A DNA stretch of 64,000 nt from a virus. Positions 16,050 through 25,168 of the stretch are shown in pieces (position 1 is the first letter of the stretch; each line of letters opens with the position of its first letter). The stretch spans positions 12,926 through 76,925 of IMG/VR virus record IMGVR_UViG_3300037502_003155. One strand, 5' to 3'. A program made the translations under genes and the position numbers. The notes beneath the pieces were generated by a model. It made no database searches, was not told the DNA's origin, and saw only the letters and a program-made list of their open reading frames with translations.

Positions 16050-18416
16050 ATGGTTGTGAGTCAACAAAGACAAATTGACTTTCCCGCTAGCGCCCCCGTG
16101 GCGTATCCGCTGTTCTACCGCACCTATAGCCGCGTCACCGACGAGGGCCAACGCGAATCCTGGGAACAGGTCTGCCGCCGCACTGTGGCGGGACTCAAAG
16201 AACTGGGGGCGCTGAATGACGACGAAACCGCACTGCTGGCCCGGATGCAGCGCCAGGTTGTTGCCTTGCCCTCCGGTCGGTGGCTATGGGTCGGCGGAAC
16301 TGACTGGAGCAAGAAACCTGAGAACTTTTCGGGTAGCTATAACTGCACAAGCACGAACGTACTAGACTGGCGTGCCTTTGGCTTGATGATGGATTTGGCC
16401 ATGCAAGGCTGTGGCACCGGGGCCGTGCTTGAAGATCGGTATATCAGCCAGTTGCCCGTGATTCGCAATCGGCTGAACGTGGTGGTTGATGGGGAGATTG
16501 GTAGCGCCCGACCTGAGGAAAAGCACGATAGTACGGTATTGGCCATCAATGGCAATCGCGTCATCATCCAGGTGGGCGATAGTCGCCAAGGATGGGCAGA
16601 GTCTTATCAGAAGTTGCTAGAGCTATCCAGTGCAGGGCGCTTTGATGGCCCTGTTGATGTGGTTGTTGACCTGTCCTCTGTACGCCCTTCCGGGGCACGT
16701 CTGCGGGGCTTCGGGGGCATTGCTAATCCAGTTAAGCTGCCGGGGCTCTATGGCCGTTGTGCGGCGATTCTGAATAAGGCCATTGGACGAAAACTCAATG
16801 CCGTAGAATGCTGCCTTCTGATTGATGAGGCGGCGTCAGTAGTGGTGGCGGGCAATGTCCGAAGATCAGCGGGGATGCGTCAATTTGACAGCACCGACGC
16901 CCTTGCCGCCACCGCCAAAGACGACCTTTGGCAACAAGACGCCGAGGGCAACTGGCGGATCGACCCAGAACGCGATGCCTTGCGGATGGCCAACCATACC
17001 CGTGTGTTCCACCAAAAGCCTAGCCTGGAGGACTGCACTGCCGCCGTGCAGAAGCAGTTTTACTCTGGCGAGGGTGCGATTCAATGGGCGGGTGAGGCCG
17101 TCGCCCGCTCCAATGCGGATCTGCTCAACACCCCTGAAAAGAAACGGGAATTTATTGCCCAGTATGTTGAGGGCAAGGGCGCGGAATATTTAGGGGCATT
17201 GATGGCCGATGGCCCTAGCTTTGAAAGTGAGTTACAACACCGATTGCAGCGCTATGCCCTGAATCCATGTGGTGAGATAATCTCCGCAGATTTCTTTTGT
17301 AACCTTTCTGAGGTGCATCTGAATCAACTCAATCCGCACGATTTCGAGGCTCAAAACGACGCCTTCACAGCAGCGGGGTTATCGGTGGCTGTGTTGTTAA
17401 ACCACCAATTTGTTGAGCCACGTTATAAACAAGCCCGTGAATTTGACCCCATCGTAGGGGTATCCTTTACCGGGCTATTCGACTTCTTTGTGAATGCCTT
17501 TGGCGTAGACTGGCTGCGCTGGTGGGAGGCGGGACGGCCTAGCAACTGGAGCAGCTTGGGAGAGGATGCCGTATGGATTCCCCTTGGTGAAAAATTCAGC
17601 CAGGCCAACGCCGAATTTATGGCCCAAAGCGAATACTTCAGGTTGCGTGAACAGGAATACCTCACCCGCTGGGGCAACATCGCTCACCAAGCCGTGTGGG
17701 ACTACTGCGACCGCCACGGCCTAAAGCGCCCCAACCGTTGCACCACCGTGCAGCCTGCGGGATCTAAGTCCCTGCTAACCGGGGCATCCCCAGGCTGGCA
17801 TCCTCCCAAGGCACAGCGCTTTATCCGGCGCGTCACCTTCCGCAAGGGCGACCCCGTGGCCCTGGCCTGCATCGACTATGGCTATACCGTGGTGCCCTCG
17901 CAGTCCGACAAAGACGATGACGGCAACCTACTCAACGATCCCTTCGACCCCCGTTGTACCGAGTGGCTGGTAGAGATTCCGGTAGAGGTGCCCTGGGCTA
18001 ACCTGCCGGGTGCCGATGCCATCCACATCGAGCGATTCAGTGTGGCGGCACAGTTTGATTTCTACATGCAGGTGCAGAAGCACTATGCGACCCATAACGT
18101 TTCTAGTACCTTGGAAATGCGCGAGGGCGAAATTGAGGAACTAGCTGAGCTAATCCACAACGCCATCGAAAACGACGAGGGCTATATTTCAGCGGCCCTC
18201 CTAGCCCGCTTCGATGACCTCCAGACGTTTCCCCGATTGCCCTTTGAGCCCATCGACAAGGCCACCTATGATACGCTGTCAGCGGCGGTGCTAGAACGGC
18301 GGGCGACTGATGATTTCCACCAAGCTTTGGCCCGGTACGATGCCGGAGAATTAGTCGAGGCTGGCCCCGCTGGTTGCGACTCGGATAAGTGCATGATGCC
18401 GGAGAAAAAGCGCTAA
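16050..18416 (+). CDS. nrdJ: class II (B12-dependent) ribonucleoside-triphosphate reductase
   Basis: FYRTYSR, PSGRWLWVGG, YNCTS, NPCGEI, TTVQPAG and C-terminal GCDSDKC; cyanobacterial type. Confidence 0.95.
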   Translation: MVVSQQRQIDFPASAPVAYPLFYRTYSRVTDEGQRESWEQVCRRTVAGLKELGALNDDETALLARMQRQVVALPSGRWLWVGGTDWSKKPENFSGSYNCTSTNVLDWRAFGLMMDLAMQGCGTGAVLEDRYISQLPVIRNRLNVVVDGEIGSARPEEKHDSTVLAINGNRVIIQVGDSRQGWAESYQKLLELSSAGRFDGPVDVVVDLSSVRPSGARLRGFGGIANPVKLPGLYGRCAAILNKAIGRKLNAVECCLLIDEAASVVVAGNVRRSAGMRQFDSTDALAATAKDDLWQQDAEGNWRIDPERDALRMANHTRVFHQKPSLEDCTAAVQKQFYSGEGAIQWAGEAVARSNADLLNTPEKKREFIAQYVEGKGAEYLGALMADGPSFESELQHRLQRYALNPCGEIISADFFCNLSEVHLNQLNPHDFEAQNDAFTAAGLSVAVLLNHQFVEPRYKQAREFDPIVGVSFTGLFDFFVNAFGVDWLRWWEAGRPSNWSSLGEDAVWIPLGEKFSQANAEFMAQSEYFRLREQEYLTRWGNIAHQAVWDYCDRHGLKRPNRCTTVQPAGSKSLLTGASPGWHPPKAQRFIRRVTFRKGDPVALACIDYGYTVVPSQSDKDDDGNLLNDPFDPRCTEWLVEIPVEVPWANLPGADAIHIERFSVAAQFDFYMQVQKHYATHNVSSTLEMREGEIEELAELIHNAIENDEGYISAALLARFDDLQTFPRLPFEPIDKATYDTLSAAVLERRATDDFHQALARYDAGELVEAGPAGCDSDKCMMPEKKR

Positions 18417-18595
18417 TGGACATTCGCCCCCGCACAGACGAATTGATTGATGAAGTCGTAGACAGCCAAACCATGCTTCACCTTGAGAAGATGTGTGGGG
18501 GTGTATGGCATCTGAAGCTTTCAAAAGGAAATCAATGGTGCTTGTTTAACTTTTACCGTGGGCAAATGATTTTAATTGACAGAGGCACAGCATGA
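18416..18595 (+). CDS. small hypothetical protein (paralog of 18786..18968)
   Basis: TAATG-coupled to nrdJ; IDEVV...HLEKMCGGVW. Confidence 0.55.
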   Translation: MDIRPRTDELIDEVVDSQTMLHLEKMCGGVWHLKLSKGNQWCLFNFYRGQMILIDRGTA

Positions 18596-18785
18596 TTAAC
18601 TTGTTACCTCTTTGCCTGAAAACGGTGACATGGCACAATCGCATTTTTCGATTTAGTCAACCGATTTTCTTGCAACCTGAATTAAACAAGGAAAGCCAAC
18701 AGCTTTATGTTGTCGAAGAACCACGCCTAACGCTGTATGCTTATGCCCAAACCCGTGAACAGTTGACTCAGGAAATTAGAACGAC

Positions 18786-18968
18786 ATGGAAATTCGCCGC
18801 AACCCTGACAACTCCATTGATGAAATCGTGGCTAATGGTGCCTCGGTTCATATTGAGGACATGGGCGGCGGCGAATGGTTCCTTCGGATAGATGAGGGAG
18901 ATCGATGGTGGATCTTCTTTCAGCACAAGGGCAAGTGGTCGCTGTTTGAATCGTCAGACGAATCGTAA
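18786..18968 (+). CDS. small hypothetical protein (paralog of 18416..18595)
   Basis: IDEIV...HIEDMGGGEW; terminator-like hairpin follows. Confidence 0.55.
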   Translation: MEIRRNPDNSIDEIVANGASVHIEDMGGGEWFLRIDEGDRWWIFFQHKGKWSLFESSDES

Positions 18969-19085
18969 CCCCTCTCTGCAATGCCCCGATGCCTATGGTG
19001 TTGGGGGCATTGCTTTTCTGAGTGAACGACGAAACTTTTGCACAGGCCGATCCACTGCAATCACCAACAGCCAGGATAGTGATTA

Positions 19086-19796
19086 TCAATTTGTTGGGTA
19101 AGGATCTGAGGGAATGCCTGATATTGCCCTAACAACGCCGCGTGTTACCCTAATATCGTCTATTCTCCCTGCAAATTGCCAGGAGGGATTTATAGTAGAA
19201 GACCCTCCAATTTGATTTGCAAATGGACTGGAATTAATCAACCCACCATTAGTCCCTGAGTTTTCAAGGTTGCCATCTATATAGATAGCCCATATTCCTG
19301 TCGAGTGATTATAAGTAAATGCTACATAATAAGTAGTATTTGCAACCAAAGATGTGGTGGAATTTAGAAAATTAGTTCCGGATCTACTGGCAGATAATTT
19401 GTTTCCCTGGACAAATAAAATAAAAGATCCAATCTGGGTGGCACTACTGTTTCCATAACTGGTATAGATAATCTTATTTCCCGTTACATTGTCTGGGCGT
19501 ATAAAAGCTTCAATTGTAAAGCTTTCGTTTCTTAGTCCAAAATGAGGGATAGACAGGTTCCCACCAGAACCGCTAAACAATCCTGAGCTTGTACCTCTTA
19601 GAGGGGTTGTGGTTGTAATTACCGGGGTTGTAGAAACTACATTAACTGTTCTAGAAAATGCGCTTGAGTCAGTAAAGGTAGTGCTGTTATTCGCACCCTC
19701 AAAACTTAGAAGTAAGTTGACATTACTCCAATTAGGGTCAGTCTCACCACCACCCCGAAACGCTTTCCGTCGGTGCATCAAATAGGGGTTTACCAT
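19086..19796 (-). CDS. LamG/concanavalin A-like virion protein
   Basis: DPNWSNVNLLLSFEG, FTIEAFI and FAGRIDDIRVTRGV; AT-rich. Confidence 0.85.
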   Translation of the reverse strand: MVNPYLMHRRKAFRGGGETDPNWSNVNLLLSFEGANNSTTFTDSSAFSRTVNVVSTTPVITTTTPLRGTSSGLFSGSGGNLSIPHFGLRNESFTIEAFIRPDNVTGNKIIYTSYGNSSATQIGSFILFVQGNKLSASRSGTNFLNSTTSLVANTTYYVAFTYNHSTGIWAIYIDGNLENSGTNGGLINSSPFANQIGGSSTINPSWQFAGRIDDIRVTRGVVRAISGIPSDPYPTN

Positions 19797-22700
19797 GCTG
19801 TTGGCTCCGTCGCTGTTTCGGTGTATTGAAGCCTGATTCCAATCAGCCGCGCATCAGCGGTTAGGGTGTCGGCCACATCCCGGAACACCTCAAAATACAG
19901 CCAGTCATCTACCGCAGGGGTGCCCGCAATGGTGATGGCCGCTGTGGATGCGGTGACGTGCAAATCCCCCGTAGCGATCAGGGTATCGGTCACGCTCTGA
20001 GGTGTCCCGTAGGCCGTGTCTAGGGCGTCGTCATCGGCCAAACTGCCAGCCTCCAGTGCCCAGGTAACGGTGCCTGTACCCGCCGCTGCTGTCCAATAGA
20101 ATTTGGCCTTTACCGTGCCCCCATTCCACGCCTGAGGCAGGGATAGCTGAAAACACGCGGCCTCGCTGGTGGTTTGGTCAAAGTCCAAAACATCGTAGGT
20201 GATGTCATTGGTGGCAGTCTCCACCGTCGCCACCGCTGCGCCGTTGGTCGTCCTGGGCGTCATCGCCCCGGCCCCGATCCACAGTTCGCGCACTATCCCT
20301 GTTCGGGTGCCGTTGGATGCAGCGGTGATGCGCCCTTGGGCGTCCACGGTTAGGTTGGTGTTGGTATAGCTACCCGCCGAAACAGCGGTGCTTGCTAGCT
20401 TTGCCGCCGTTACAGCCCCCGTGTCGATTGTCCAGGTTGCCCCGGCACTAGACACAGTAATATCGCCCTTGTCCCCATCAGATACCCCGCTACCTGTGCC
20501 TATCTGAGTCTCACTACCCCCGGACGGTCGGTAGTAAAGCAGGTTGTCCGATTTTGCGTAGACAATAGTATTCCCCGCCGCAGGGGCCGATGGGGTGGCG
20601 ATATGCTCTAGGGTGAGGCCAGAGGCAGCGGAGACTGACCCGGATGCACCCGTGGGGCCAATTAGCGAGGTTGGGCTACCCCATGAACCGCCAACCTTGG
20701 GGCCGTAGATGGCGTTGGCTGTAGTGTCAATGTAGAAATCCCCGTCGGCACCTGTCCCACCTCCAGGGGCTCCGCTTCCGCTTAGGATGGTGCTACCATC
20801 GGCCCCCGCTGCACCCGTCGTCCCTTGCGGCCCGATCAACGAGGTCGGGCTTCCCCATGCGCCCCCAGTTTTTGGGCCATAGAGGGCATCTGCGGTGGTA
20901 TCAAGGTAGAAGTCACCGTTCACCCCCGTTCCACCGCTAGGGGCACCGTTTCCGCTCAGAATGGTATTTCCCGCTGGCCCCTGTTCCCCCGGTCGGCCCG
21001 CAATGTAGGTTTTACTGCCACTGGCCACGGTCGCCCCTGGCGAAGCATTGCCCGTGGCCCCAGTATTTTGCAGGGAGAGGGATGTCGATGAGGGCTTGCT
21101 AACCACGGTATAAGCCCCGCCCCCCTCCACAAACACCGTCGCCACTGCCGGGAAGATCCGCGAGTTACGAACGTTGACGGTGACGTTAGCCCCGATAGAA
21201 GGCTGGGTAAAGCTAGCGGTGGTCAGGGAGTAGGGCAAAAAATTAAACAGCGTTGACCAAGTGGTGGCACTGCTCTTTTTGAGGACATCGCCATAGGTGG
21301 TAAGAGCATCATTCGCCATTACCGCCAAATCCCCTGTTTCCCCCGTTGCCGCCGTAGGTGCCGCCTGAAGCACTAGGATTTGATCGGAGTCATCCTTGAC
21401 CCAACGCCCTGCACTGGGATAGGCGATATCGAATGGGCGAACAAATTGAGTCCCCCAACTCGCCACGATGGCCGCACCATTGGCTAAGGTGCCGTTGCCA
21501 CTAGAGTAGGTCACGGTGACCGTGCGGTAGGCTCCGCTATCTGCCACCGCGCTGATGATGTACTCGGCATAGGTCGCTTCTGTGGAGACCGATTGCAGCC
21601 TCAAAGTCTGGTTTGCCGCAAGGGCATCTAACAGTGTCGCCACCGATGTACTAGCGCTGTTGGTTTCGGAGAGGTAAACCGTGGTGACGCTGGCCAGGGT
21701 GGCATTGTTGACCCGGACTTGCCCCGATGCTGGCCCTGGTGTTGTGGTTGTGGAAAACAGGTAATCAGCGTCTTCGGTGACAGTCTCAGCCGCCTGCCAA
21801 CGGTAGGGATTCCCTTCGGCTGCGCAAAAGACTTCTTTGTAGGTGGTACGGTCACTAGGGCCAAGGCTCTGCAAATCCCAAACCGTATCGACCGGACGGC
21901 CTAGGTAAGTCAGCAGTTGAAACAGGTCGGCTAGGTTGCCGTCTACTTCAGTGATGCAGCCCGACGTGGTGCGATGGTCAATACTGGTGACGGTGCTATC
22001 AAACCGAAAGGCTATGGCGACTTCATAGTTCTGGGAAGTGAAGACCGAACTACCTGCGGTGGGTACCGGGACAAAGCTATCGTCGGCGGGCTCGTATAGC
22101 CCAAAGCGATCATTGGGCCTTGCCGGGGGTTCAGTGCCCCCGCTATCCACACCAGACACAGCCCCCACGGTGAAGACATCAGAGGCGTTGCCTTGGGTAA
22201 CGGGGAAATCCCAGTAGATCGCATTGCCGCCCCCGGTGGGTCTAACGTAAACCCGTACCGTATCCGCATTAAATTGGCCTAGGGTGCTACCTGCAATTGC
22301 GTCGTCATAGTCGAGGCGGATTGCCGTGGGGTAGGTGACGGTGACTTGGGCATAAAGGGCGTTGGAGAGGGTGACGGGGGCGCTCCATGCCGTGGCCTTG
22401 CCTTGTCCGTCTACGGTGCCCACAATGGCCCTCAATGGGGCATAATCAGGCACGGTGCTAGACACCAGGCAATCGCCACTGGCATTGATGACCACGTTTT
22501 GGTTGGCCGTGTTGGCCAGCAGTCCCGTTACTGATTGTTCCCCCACATTGGTAAAACTGAACCCCTTGTTTAGGGGTAACTGAAGGATGCCTGACCCATT
22601 TAAGGACAAAGGGTTCAGCGTCCTAGTAGGGACTAGGCGGCGACGGTCGTACTCTCCCAAGATGACCGACCCCGTGATGGCAGCGGCATTGTTGGGGGTA

Positions 22701-23749
22701 GCATTCTCAGCAAAGAAGGATGGGGTAATCCTCAGAACGGTGCCGTCGGGGATCTGGGTGGTCAGCGTGGCTACATCAAGGTTGGCGCGAATGCTCACCA
22801 CGTAGGCCGAGCCAGCGGGCAACGCCTTTTGCAGGATAAGCCCCGTGTCACCATCCCCGGTATAGGTCACGGATTCCCCAATACCCGCCATGGTGCCCAC
22901 ACCACCGCTACCTGTGGTGTCTAATACCCCAGTAGAGACGTTGACAAACCCTAGAAAGGCTAGCTCGATGCCGCCAATGATGCCCGCCAGGTTCGTTAGG
23001 TCAGTGTCGATGCCGCCAATATCTGCCGAAACGGTGAGGCCCACACGAGTCCCCTGAGCAACGGGGCTAGCGTCGTTGTTGGTTAGCCAGTATTTGATGG
23101 GTTCTGAGTCCCCAGAAAGGGCATAGCTGGGGTAGATGATGGCGCTTAGGTCTGTGATGGCCGATAGACTTTGGCTGGCCCCTAACGTCCCCTCAAGGCT
23201 GGTGGTGTAGCCGCTGAATACCTGAGGGATAGCCACGACCCAGGCTGTAGATGCAGCGCTCCATTCGTAGATCGCCCCGTCGAGGTCGTCGATAGAGCGG
23301 CGTATCCCGTTGATCCTGTTTGCCCCCGTGGGTAGGTTGGCACTGCTGGCGACGGTTAGGGAGGTGAGATTGATGTGTTCGTTCTCGGTGAGGTCGATGG
23401 TAAAGGGCGGGGGCAATACCGTCGTTCCGTCGGTGTCGATGCCAGGTTTAGCCGCAATGATGACGGCATTAAGGGGGTTAGTGTCAGCGCTGCAAAGGAT
23501 GCTGTAGGAACGAATATCCACTCCCCCTGACGGGTATGGTAGGACAGTTGATGGAATGGTGAGGCGTAAACCCGATCCGCTGGCGATAGTGGCCTCTACA
23601 CGGGTTGAAACGAGAGAGAACCCGCCACGGGATTGAGTTTGTAGCCAGAACGAATAGGTGCCCGCCCGTGTGGTGATATTCCCGGCAATGATGCCCGTAG
23701 TGAGTGCCGGGGGATTGGATGGGGCCGCTGCATATTGGTATCTGGGCAT
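19790..23749 (-). CDS. large tail fibre/spike protein with collagen-like repeats
   Basis: 1319 aa, T/S/G-rich; two internal repeats GxxGDFY[LI]DTTA..YGPK.GG.WGSPTSLIGP; VDAQGRITAAS and DGDKGDITVS fibre motifs. Confidence 0.8.
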   Translation of the reverse strand: MPRYQYAAAPSNPPALTTGIIAGNITTRAGTYSFWLQTQSRGGFSLVSTRVEATIASGSGLRLTIPSTVLPYPSGGVDIRSYSILCSADTNPLNAVIIAAKPGIDTDGTTVLPPPFTIDLTENEHINLTSLTVASSANLPTGANRINGIRRSIDDLDGAIYEWSAASTAWVVAIPQVFSGYTTSLEGTLGASQSLSAITDLSAIIYPSYALSGDSEPIKYWLTNNDASPVAQGTRVGLTVSADIGGIDTDLTNLAGIIGGIELAFLGFVNVSTGVLDTTGSGGVGTMAGIGESVTYTGDGDTGLILQKALPAGSAYVVSIRANLDVATLTTQIPDGTVLRITPSFFAENATPNNAAAITGSVILGEYDRRRLVPTRTLNPLSLNGSGILQLPLNKGFSFTNVGEQSVTGLLANTANQNVVINASGDCLVSSTVPDYAPLRAIVGTVDGQGKATAWSAPVTLSNALYAQVTVTYPTAIRLDYDDAIAGSTLGQFNADTVRVYVRPTGGGNAIYWDFPVTQGNASDVFTVGAVSGVDSGGTEPPARPNDRFGLYEPADDSFVPVPTAGSSVFTSQNYEVAIAFRFDSTVTSIDHRTTSGCITEVDGNLADLFQLLTYLGRPVDTVWDLQSLGPSDRTTYKEVFCAAEGNPYRWQAAETVTEDADYLFSTTTTPGPASGQVRVNNATLASVTTVYLSETNSASTSVATLLDALAANQTLRLQSVSTEATYAEYIISAVADSGAYRTVTVTYSSGNGTLANGAAIVASWGTQFVRPFDIAYPSAGRWVKDDSDQILVLQAAPTAATGETGDLAVMANDALTTYGDVLKKSSATTWSTLFNFLPYSLTTASFTQPSIGANVTVNVRNSRIFPAVATVFVEGGGAYTVVSKPSSTSLSLQNTGATGNASPGATVASGSKTYIAGRPGEQGPAGNTILSGNGAPSGGTGVNGDFYLDTTADALYGPKTGGAWGSPTSLIGPQGTTGAAGADGSTILSGSGAPGGGTGADGDFYIDTTANAIYGPKVGGSWGSPTSLIGPTGASGSVSAASGLTLEHIATPSAPAAGNTIVYAKSDNLLYYRPSGGSETQIGTGSGVSDGDKGDITVSSAGATWTIDTGAVTAAKLASTAVSAGSYTNTNLTVDAQGRITAASNGTRTGIVRELWIGAGAMTPRTTNGAAVATVETATNDITYDVLDFDQTTSEAACFQLSLPQAWNGGTVKAKFYWTAAAGTGTVTWALEAGSLADDDALDTAYGTPQSVTDTLIATGDLHVTASTAAITIAGTPAVDDWLYFEVFRDVADTLTADARLIGIRLQYTETATEPTAW

Positions 23750-23828
23750 GGGTAGGCCGCAATGGGGTCATGCTCAGTATGCCGAGGATGGCCTTAGTTG
23801 GTCGGGAGTTTGCGGAATCCGCTAAAGG

Positions 23829-24998
23829 CTAGCCCCGTGGGTAGATGGCGACCGATAGGACTTGGCGGGCATTGGCGGGGGCACCTTGAAAATCAGAACT
23901 CAATGATTCGGAAAAGAAACTAGGGTCGCCGTTAGCATCGACTGTCACATATTCCTTGCTAAAAGCAAAGTTTTTCACCACTCCTCCTTCTGTCAAGAAG
24001 AGATCTGTAAAGAAAAAAGTTGAATAACCCTCGTAGGGATTTTGTTTGACAACGTTTCGGCCTTGGAAGATACGTTTGCCAATCCCTGACAGCATGGGGT
24101 CTTCTGGGCTGATGTCGTAAACAAACCTTTTAGGGTCAGCGACAATGTGCCCTGTAATATCCAATGGGTTAGGCTCCGACACATCAATATCAAGGGTGCC
24201 ATTAACCCAATACTGAGACTCCATCCAAACGTCACCGTCGGTACGGTCTGGGGCAGGCGTGCCAGGGCTGTGATAGGGGTTGTGGCGAAGATAGACAAAT
24301 GTATTATCCCTGCGACGCTGCAAAAAAACAGATACTTGGTTAGACATTGAGTTTAATGTGATTGAGCTAGCGTCACTAACGTGTAGCAATCGGCTGTACA
24401 AGTGTTGAAATGTAGGGGCAAAATTAGGGCCATAATAGGCAAAATTGTCTACACCCGTCCCTAAAGGTAGGTTAAATAGATTGATACCCAATGTCGCATC
24501 TGTGTTTTGTGCTACGACACTAGATGATCCATTTTCAAGGGTTGAGGTGATTTGCAGGTTTTCCTTGTCAACAAAGCCACTATTGATAACGTCTGCCGCA
24601 TCCTTAGGATCTAAAATAACTGCGTCTAAAGATTGCCTTATGATGTAGCCCAAAAGTGACGGGGGGCTTGCTGAGCTTAGCCTCGTGCTTGTCCAGCCTA
24701 GGGTTATCCGCCGTGGCAGGGTGGTAATTAGCACAGGTGTGCCCCCGTCATCTTGCAGCCACACTTCAGAGTTAGTGCCATTGACCACCTCGTAAAGGAT
24801 GGCCGCTGCATAGCCCTCAATAACGACTGGTTCTCGCCGCCGCCTATCCCGTGCCACCTGGCTACGAATTTCAACCGTGCCATTGCCAAGGGCGTAGCCA
24901 TCGAGGTACGTCATCCCATTGCGAATCTGTACCCGGTCACTGCGGGAACCTAAATCGAGTAGCTTTCTGGCAATGCGTTCGTCGTCTTGCTGGCTCAT
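23829..24998 (-). CDS. putative tail/virion protein
   Basis: Lies in the structural operon; ATGA-coupled. Confidence 0.6.
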   Translation of the reverse strand: MSQQDDERIARKLLDLGSRSDRVQIRNGMTYLDGYALGNGTVEIRSQVARDRRRREPVVIEGYAAAILYEVVNGTNSEVWLQDDGGTPVLITTLPRRITLGWTSTRLSSASPPSLLGYIIRQSLDAVILDPKDAADVINSGFVDKENLQITSTLENGSSSVVAQNTDATLGINLFNLPLGTGVDNFAYYGPNFAPTFQHLYSRLLHVSDASSITLNSMSNQVSVFLQRRRDNTFVYLRHNPYHSPGTPAPDRTDGDVWMESQYWVNGTLDIDVSEPNPLDITGHIVADPKRFVYDISPEDPMLSGIGKRIFQGRNVVKQNPYEGYSTFFFTDLFLTEGGVVKNFAFSKEYVTVDANGDPSFFSESLSSDFQGAPANARQVLSVAIYPRG

Positions 24999-25168
24999 CG
25001 GAATCGAGGGGTAGACCCGGATTGTTGTACGGTCTGCCCTAGCTGCACGGTGATGGTTTGGTTGCCCTGCTGAATCACCAATCGGTTGCCATTCTGTGAC
25101 ACCTGGGGGCCGCTGCGGTCTATCAAGGTTAGCAGCTTGCGGGCTAGGCGTTTGTCTTGGTCGCTCAT
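24995..25168 (-). CDS. small protein (57 aa, not in the ORF track)
   Basis: MSDQDKRLARKLLTL...; coupled on both sides; N-terminus resembles that of 23829..24998. Confidence 0.6.
   Translation of the reverse strand: MSDQDKRLARKLLTLIDRSGPQVSQNGNRLVIQQGNQTITVQLGQTVQQSGSTPRFR

Noticed and set aside
16050-18416. Intein or intron in nrdJ
   Set aside because: The ORF is continuous at a normal length, with NPCGEI intact and no splice-junction motifs.
19086-19796. Diversity-generating retroelement target
   Set aside because: No reverse transcriptase and no template/variable repeat pair were seen in the window.
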